From NCBI GenBank assembly GCA_036149055.1, contig JAYZQJ010000194.1:1-56201 (forward strand): 56,201 nt of DNA. Reading direction: 5' to 3'. This stretch comes from Myxococcota bacterium (lineage in GTDB: Bacteria; Myxococcota_A; Polyangia; Polyangiales; Sandaracinaceae). Every line of letters starts with the position of its first letter. Position 1 is the first letter of the stretch. Made by a program: the position numbers and the translations under genes. The notes under the pieces are model-generated. The model was not told the origin of the DNA, searched no databases, and saw nothing but the letters and a program-made list of their open reading frames with translations. This document shows positions 50,592-56,201 of the stretch, one piece after another.

Positions 50592-51116
50592 TCAGGCGGC
50601 GACGCGGCCGCGGGCGGGGTAGTCCTTCTTCTGCACGAACTCGATCGCGTCGGCCATGTCCTCGAGGTCGGGCCGACCGAAGGGCATCGAGTTGATCGCC
50701 GCGTAGTGCAGCGTGCCGTCGGGGCGGACGAGGAAGAGGCCGGGCTCGCTGAAGCGGCGGGGCTCTTCGTCCTTGATCGAGTCCGACAGATAGAGGCCCC
50801 ACTCGAGGGCGGTCGCTTCGCTCATGCCGTAGGCGACGGGGAACGCGTCGATGCCCCACTCCTTGGCGGCGTCCTTCGCGCGCTGCGCGTCGTCCATGCT
50901 GACGGCGACGATGTCGACGCCGAGCGAGGCGTAGCGATCGGCGAGGTCCTGCGCCTTCTTCAGGTACTTCTTGCAGACCGGGCAGTGCTTGCCTCGGTAC
51001 ATGATGATCATGGTGAAGCTCTCGGGCGTCGCTGCGTCGAGCTTCCAGGTCGTGCCTTCGGTGAGCTCGAGCTCGAGCTTCGGGGCGGGGCTGTCTGGCA
51101 TGGGCTTGGTGTTCAT
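50592..51116 (-). CDS. Peroxiredoxin-like AhpC/TSA family protein
   Basis: YRGKHCPVC, FSEPGLFLVRPDG, MPFGRP, YPARG. Confidence 0.9.
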   Translation of the reverse strand: MNTKPMPDSPAPKLELELTEGTTWKLDAATPESFTMIIMYRGKHCPVCKKYLKKAQDLADRYASLGVDIVAVSMDDAQRAKDAAKEWGIDAFPVAYGMSEATALEWGLYLSDSIKDEEPRRFSEPGLFLVRPDGTLHYAAINSMPFGRPDLEDMADAIEFVQKKDYPARGRVAA

Positions 51117-51278
51117 GGTCGAAAGAACGGGTGCAGACGCCGTGCCGGGCGGTCGGGCCGCGCGGAGCCGCCCACCGGCGTGGCGCGGCGTCTCACCGGG
51201 GCGAGGCGTCCCCCACCGCCATTCCGGCCAGGGGCGCGAGATTTGACCCGGCCGGGCCGCTGGGATCATGGTGCGTCG

Positions 51279-52418
51279 ATGCGACGCGCCGCCGTTCGAC
51301 GCGCCCCGATCGCGCTCGCGGGCCTCCTCCTGGTGGCCGCGGCGCTCCCGCTCCGCGCGCAGCAGCGGCCGCGTCAGGTGGTGATCGGCGCGAGCGGCGA
51401 CGTGCTCTTCCACACCCGCGTGGTGGAGGCGGCCGCCGCGCACGGCTTCGATCACCTCTTCGCCGGGCTGCGCGAGACGATCTCCCCGCGCGAGATCGCC
51501 TTCGCCAACCTCGAGACCCCGCTCAGCGTCGACCGGGAGCCGATGCGCGGCGACCCTCCGCGGCTCGGCGCGCCTCCGGAGGCGGCGGGGGCGCTCGCCC
51601 GCGCGGGCATCGACGTGCTCAGCGTCGCCAACAACCACGCCTGGGATCAGCGCGACACCGGCATGGTCGGGACCCTGGAGGCGCTGCGGCGGGAGGGGAT
51701 CTCGCCGGTCGGCGCCGCGCCGGAGGAGGAGGACGCGGCCGGGCCGGTCGTGATCGAGCGCGACGGAGTGCGGGTGGCGTTCGTGGCCTTCACCGTGATC
51801 CTCCAGGGGCACCCCGGCACCCGGCGGCCGGCGGTGCGCATCGCCACCTGGGACGAGCGGCGGGCTCGCCGCGTGCTGGCCCGGGCCCGGGCCGAGGCGG
51901 ACGTGGTCGTCGCCTCGATGCACTGGGGGCTCGCCTATCGCCACGAGGACCGCTCGGAGCAGCGCAGCCGGGCCGCGTTCCTGGTCGAGCACGGGGCCGA
52001 CGTCGTGCTCGGACACGGGCCGCATGTCCTGCAGCGCGCCGAGCGGCTCGCGTCACCCCGCGGCGAGGCGTTCGTCGCCTACAGCCTCGGCAACCTGGTC
52101 TCGAACCAGGGCTATCACTTCCGACAGGGCCGCCGCGATCGCTCGGTGCAGCTGCCGCTCCGTGAGCCCGCGACCCGCGACGGCGTGTGGCTCCGGGTGG
52201 CGCTCGACGTAGCCGAGGACGGCGCCGTCACCGTGTCCGCCGCCGAGGCGGTGCCGCTCTGGACCGCGAACAACTGGTGGGACGAGGAGCGCCGCCGCGC
52301 GGATCAGCCCGACATCCAGGTGGTGCCGCTCGCGCGCGCCGGAGACGCGGAGCTGATGGACGCGCGCCGCCGGGCGATCGGGCGGGTCCTCGGCGAGGCC
52401 GTGCATCTCCTCCCTTGA
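51279..52418 (+). CDS. CapA family metallophosphoesterase
   Basis: SGDV, ANLETP, ANNHAWD, SMHWG, GHGPHV, YSLGN; signal peptide. Confidence 0.92.
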   Translation: MRRAAVRRAPIALAGLLLVAAALPLRAQQRPRQVVIGASGDVLFHTRVVEAAAAHGFDHLFAGLRETISPREIAFANLETPLSVDREPMRGDPPRLGAPPEAAGALARAGIDVLSVANNHAWDQRDTGMVGTLEALRREGISPVGAAPEEEDAAGPVVIERDGVRVAFVAFTVILQGHPGTRRPAVRIATWDERRARRVLARARAEADVVVASMHWGLAYRHEDRSEQRSRAAFLVEHGADVVLGHGPHVLQRAERLASPRGEAFVAYSLGNLVSNQGYHFRQGRRDRSVQLPLREPATRDGVWLRVALDVAEDGAVTVSAAEAVPLWTANNWWDEERRRADQPDIQVVPLARAGDAELMDARRRAIGRVLGEAVHLLP

Positions 52419-52450
52419 CGGCGGGCGCGCGCAAACGAACCCTCCGCGGG

Positions 52451-53485
52451 ATGTCCGACGACCACGTCTTCCTCAAGGCCTGCCGCCGCGAGCCGGTCCC
52501 CCACACGCCCATCTGGCTCATGCGTCAGGCGGGGCGCTACCAGCCGAGCTACATGGAGATCCGCTCCAAGGTGAGCTTCGTGGAGCTCTGCAAGACGCCC
52601 GAGCTCGCCTGTCAGGTGACGGTCGACGCGGTCGAGCAGCTCGGGGTGGACGCGGCGATCCTCTTCGCCGACATCCTGCTCATCCTCGAGCCGCTCGGCG
52701 TGGGCTTCCACTTCGCCAAGGGCGAGGGCCCCAAGATCGAGCAGCCGCTCCGGAGCGCCGCCGACATCGATCGCGTGGCCGAGGAGATCGACGCCGCGGC
52801 CGAGCTCTCCTACGTGATGGAGTCGGTCAAGGCCATCCGGAAGGAGCTCGACGGCAAGACCCCGCTGATCGGCTTCGCGGGCGCGCCCTTCACCCTCGCG
52901 AGCTACGCGATCGAGGGCGGCGGCTCGCGCGACTACCACCACACCAAGAAGATCATGTACGGCGACGAGGGCGCGTGGAACGCGCTCATGGGTCGCTTCA
53001 GCCGCGCCATCGCCGACTACCTGAACGCCCAGATCGACGCGGGCGCGCAGGCGGTGCAGCTCTTCGACTCCTGGGTCGGCTGCCTCAGCGAGGCGGACTA
53101 CCGCCGCTACGTGATGCCCCACGTGAAGGGCATCTTCGAGGCGCTCGGCGATCGCGTCCCCTGCATCCACTTCGGTCAGGGCAACCCGGCGCTCTACCCG
53201 GCGCTGCGCGAGGCGGGCGGTCACGTGATGAGCGTGGACTGGCGCCTGCCGCTCTCGGAGGCGTGGGACCGCGTCGGCCGCGACGTCGGCATCCAGGGCA
53301 ACCTCGATCCGGTCAGCGTGCTCGCGCCCCGCGAGGCGATGTTCGAGCGCGCGCAGGCGGTGCTCGACGAGGCCGAGGGCCAGGACGGTCACATCTTCAA
53401 CCTCGGCCACGGCATCCTCCGCTGGTCCGAGGTCGATCAGGTGCGGGCGCTCGTCGACTACGTGCACGAGAAGAGCGCGCGGTGA
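52451..53485 (+). CDS. hemE: Uroporphyrinogen decarboxylase
   Basis: PIWLMRQAGRY, GFAGAPFTLASY, QLFDSW, QGNLDP, FNLGHGI. Confidence 0.97.
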   Translation: MSDDHVFLKACRREPVPHTPIWLMRQAGRYQPSYMEIRSKVSFVELCKTPELACQVTVDAVEQLGVDAAILFADILLILEPLGVGFHFAKGEGPKIEQPLRSAADIDRVAEEIDAAAELSYVMESVKAIRKELDGKTPLIGFAGAPFTLASYAIEGGGSRDYHHTKKIMYGDEGAWNALMGRFSRAIADYLNAQIDAGAQAVQLFDSWVGCLSEADYRRYVMPHVKGIFEALGDRVPCIHFGQGNPALYPALREAGGHVMSVDWRLPLSEAWDRVGRDVGIQGNLDPVSVLAPREAMFERAQAVLDEAEGQDGHIFNLGHGILRWSEVDQVRALVDYVHEKSAR

Positions 53486-54843
53486 CCCGCACCGTCGTCG
53501 TCGGAGGGGGGCTCTCCGGGCTCGCGGCCGCGCACCGGCTGATCGAGAACGACCCCGCCGCCGACGTCGTGCTGCTCGAGGCCAGCGATCGGGTCGGGGG
53601 CATCCTCGGCACGGTCGAGCACGACGGCTTCGTGGTCGAGACCGGCCCCGACTCGATCCTCAGCGAGAAGCGCGCGGCGATCGAGCTCGCGACGCGGCTC
53701 GGGATCGCCGACCGGCTGATCGAGACCCAGCCCTCGCCGCGCGGCGCCTACGTGGTGCACCGCGGCGCGCTGGTGAAGGTGCCCGAGGGCTTCTCGTTGA
53801 TGGCGCCGACCCGCTGGTCCACGTGGGCCACCACCCCGATCATGAGCTGGGGCGGCAAGCTGCGCGCGGCCCTCGAGCCGCTGGTCCCGAAGGGCCGCGG
53901 CGAGGAGAGCATGGCGCGCTTCGTCCGCCGCCGCTTCGGCCGGGAGGTGCTCGACCGGCTCGCCCAGCCCCTGGTCGGTGGCATCTACGGCGGCGACCCG
54001 GATCGGCTCAGCCTCGCGGCGACCATGCCCCGCTTCGTCGACCTCGAGCGCGAGCACGGATCGGTGATCCGCGGCATGCGGCGCGGCCAGCGCAAGAAGA
54101 GCGAGCAGGCGGCGAGCGGGGCCCGCTACGGCCTCTTCGTCGCCTTCGACCGCGGCATGCAGGTCCTCGTCGACGCGCTCGCCGAGCGGCTCGGGGACCG
54201 GATCCGGACCCGGGCGCCGGTCGTCTCGCTCGAGGAGGGCTGGCGCGTCCGCACCGAGGCCGAGGTCATCGAGGCCGACCGCGTGCTGCTCGCGCTCCCC
54301 GCCTGGCGCAGCGCCCGGCTGCTCCGCCCGCACGACGCGCCGCTCGCCGACGCGCTCGAGGCGATCCCCTACGGCTCGGCGGCGACGGTCACCTTCACCT
54401 GGCCGCGGGACGCGATCCCGCACCCGATGGAGGCCTTCGGCTTCGTGGTCCCGGCGGTGGAGCGGCGGAGCGTGCTCGCGGCGACCTTCAGCAGCGTGAA
54501 GTGGCCGGGGAGGGCGCCCGAGGGGCATGTACTGTTGCGGGTGTTCGTCGGCGGCGCGAACGCGCCCGACGTGAACGAGCTCGACGACGCGTCGCTGGTC
54601 GCGCTCGCGCGCCGGGAGCTGTCGCAGCTGATGGGGGTGACCCGCGAGCCGGGCTCCTCGCTGGTGGTCCGCTACGCCGACGCCATGCCGCAGTACCAGC
54701 TCGGCCACCGCGAGCGCGCCGACGCGATCGAGGCCGCGCAGCGCGCGCACCCCGGGCTGCGGCTGGCCGGCAACGCTTATCGCGGGGTCGGCATCCCCGA
54801 CGCGATCCGCTACGCCGAGTCGGTGGTCGACGGCTGGGCTTGA
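53482..54843 (+). CDS. hemY: Proto/coproporphyrinogen oxidase (HemY type)
   Basis: VVGGGLSGLAAA, ETGPDS, GIYGGD, AMPQY.LGH, GVGIPD; GTGA overlap with hemE. Confidence 0.93.
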   Translation: MTRTVVVGGGLSGLAAAHRLIENDPAADVVLLEASDRVGGILGTVEHDGFVVETGPDSILSEKRAAIELATRLGIADRLIETQPSPRGAYVVHRGALVKVPEGFSLMAPTRWSTWATTPIMSWGGKLRAALEPLVPKGRGEESMARFVRRRFGREVLDRLAQPLVGGIYGGDPDRLSLAATMPRFVDLEREHGSVIRGMRRGQRKKSEQAASGARYGLFVAFDRGMQVLVDALAERLGDRIRTRAPVVSLEEGWRVRTEAEVIEADRVLLALPAWRSARLLRPHDAPLADALEAIPYGSAATVTFTWPRDAIPHPMEAFGFVVPAVERRSVLAATFSSVKWPGRAPEGHVLLRVFVGGANAPDVNELDDASLVALARRELSQLMGVTREPGSSLVVRYADAMPQYQLGHRERADAIEAAQRAHPGLRLAGNAYRGVGIPDAIRYAESVVDGWA

Positions 54844-54877
54844 CCGCCGCCGGCTGCGCGTCGATGGTTCCGCACCC

Positions 54878-56032
54878 TTGGGCTGGCTCGGCAACATCTT
54901 CGGCTCCCGCAAGCGTCGCGAGCGTCGCGCGGAGGTGCTCGCGCGCCTGACCGATCTCTTCGAGGGCGGCGGCGCGCCCCGGGCGTGGGAGCCGCTGGTG
55001 GAGGCGCTCCGCGCCGATCCCGAGGACGAGCGGCTCTTCCACCTCGCGGCCAAGGTGCTCCGCTCGGCCGGCGAGCCGGCCACCGCCGAGCTCTTCGATC
55101 GGGCCGCCGACGCGCCTCACGACCCGCAGCGTCTGTTCGAGCTGGGCAGCGAGCTGCTGACCCGCGAGCAGGCGGAGGTGGCCGCGGTGCTGCTCGAGCG
55201 CGCGCTCGCCTTCTTCCCCTTCGACGCCGTGGTGCGGAGCGAGCTCGCCCTGGCCCAGGCGCGCGCCGGGCGGCCCGAGGCGGTCATCGCGACCCTCGCG
55301 CTTCATCCCTGCCTCGGCGACGACCCCGGCGCGCTCTTCGAGTTCGGCTGGGCGTCGCTCCTCGCCGGAGACCTCGACGCGGCCGAAGGCGCGCTCGGCG
55401 AGCTGCACGGCGCGCCCTCGCTCCGCCGCAAGCTCCAGCACGCGCTCGCCCGCGCCCGGCACGGCCCGATGGAGGACGCGCGCGACTACTTCTTCGTGGA
55501 GCACGCCGGCGTGCTGCTCGACTCCGCGGGCCGGCTCGGCGGCCGCCACCGCGCGCTCGAGGTCGACGCGGCCCGGCTCGCCGGCTGGCTCGCCGACTTC
55601 GGCTGGCTGCTCGAGGCGATGGTGCAGCGCCCGCGGCACGTGGTCGCGGTCGACGACGCCGCCTGGCCGTTCGCCGACGCGGTCGCGCGGGCCTGCGGAG
55701 GCGCGGTCCTCCCCCGCACCAAGAGCCCGCCGTCGCGCGCGATCGTGCCCGTCTTCGAGGCCGCCGACGTCGAGGCCCACGACGACGCCCTGCCCGACGA
55801 CGCGCTCATCGTCGCCCTGACCGCCGACCCCACCCGCAGCGTGTCCCGCGCCCCCGCCCTCGTCGGCGCCTTCGCGCGCGAGGTCACCCTCGGCGCCGAG
55901 CTCTTCTCCGCCCCGGCGGGCGAGCCCGACCCCACGCTGAGAGAGTGGTTCGAAGCCCGCCGCGCGCGCCTCCCGCCGCGAGGGCCTCGCGTGCGCGCCG
56001 CCTGGATCCCCGACGCGCCGCTGCCGCGCTAG
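54878..56032 (+). CDS. TPR-like hypothetical protein
   Basis: High-GC3 frame with helical TPR-like repeats in the N-terminal half. Confidence 0.65.
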   Translation: MGWLGNIFGSRKRRERRAEVLARLTDLFEGGGAPRAWEPLVEALRADPEDERLFHLAAKVLRSAGEPATAELFDRAADAPHDPQRLFELGSELLTREQAEVAAVLLERALAFFPFDAVVRSELALAQARAGRPEAVIATLALHPCLGDDPGALFEFGWASLLAGDLDAAEGALGELHGAPSLRRKLQHALARARHGPMEDARDYFFVEHAGVLLDSAGRLGGRHRALEVDAARLAGWLADFGWLLEAMVQRPRHVVAVDDAAWPFADAVARACGGAVLPRTKSPPSRAIVPVFEAADVEAHDDALPDDALIVALTADPTRSVSRAPALVGAFAREVTLGAELFSAPAGEPDPTLREWFEARRARLPPRGPRVRAAWIPDAPLPR

Positions 56033-56053
56033 CGGAGGCGACGCCGCGGCCCG

Positions 56054-56201
56054 GCCCCTCCGGCCGGGTTCGAACCCGCGGCAGCGGGCGGCCAGCTCGC
56101 GCGCAGCGCGAGCGCGAGCCGCAGGGGCCCCCAGCGCCCCGTCGCTGGGGTCGCGGCGCGAGCGCGAAGCGCGACGCGCCGGCGGAGTCGGGAGGGGGGC
56201 C
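56054..56201 (+). repeat. Structured intergenic repeat, copy C (5' part, truncated by window end)
   Basis: ggttcgaacccgcggcagcgggcggccagctcgcgc...gccgcagggg...cccagcgcccc..cgctggg is nearly identical to the copy B reverse complement. Confidence 0.88.

Noticed and set aside
56054..56130. Additional tRNA gene
   Set aside because: Only a T-loop-like motif is present; no acceptor, D or anticodon arms fold. It belongs to the repeat element.

Overview
High-GC window from a myxobacterium (Myxococcota; mglC and sgmX homologues, Cys-rich lipoproteins, sigma54 signalling and Ser/Thr kinases suggest Polyangia/Sandaracinaceae-like, by inference). The core blocks are mglC-aroQ-accB-accC-sgmX, DUF1517-pgeF, accD-folC and capA-hemE-hemY, with many two-component and kinase genes and two tRNA genes. 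Four things stand out. (1) An intact tRNA-Leu with its own promoter and terminator carries the anticodon AAG, which is rare in bacteria. (2) A structured intergenic repeat occurs three times (both window ends and 46.4-46.7 kb); it shows covarying stems, GNA loops, strand-specific G-T pairs and a tRNA T-loop-like end, and it abuts stop codons. (3) An atypical-composition accessory segment downstream of tRNA-Gly (about 7.55-13.5 kb) encodes a frameshift-split HEPN (RxxxxH) protein, a divergent nucleotidyltransferase, a small convergent ORF and an orphan DUF416-like gene. (4) That segment is bordered by a phased 40-41 bp AT-rich motif array. All calls are by eye; no searches were run.
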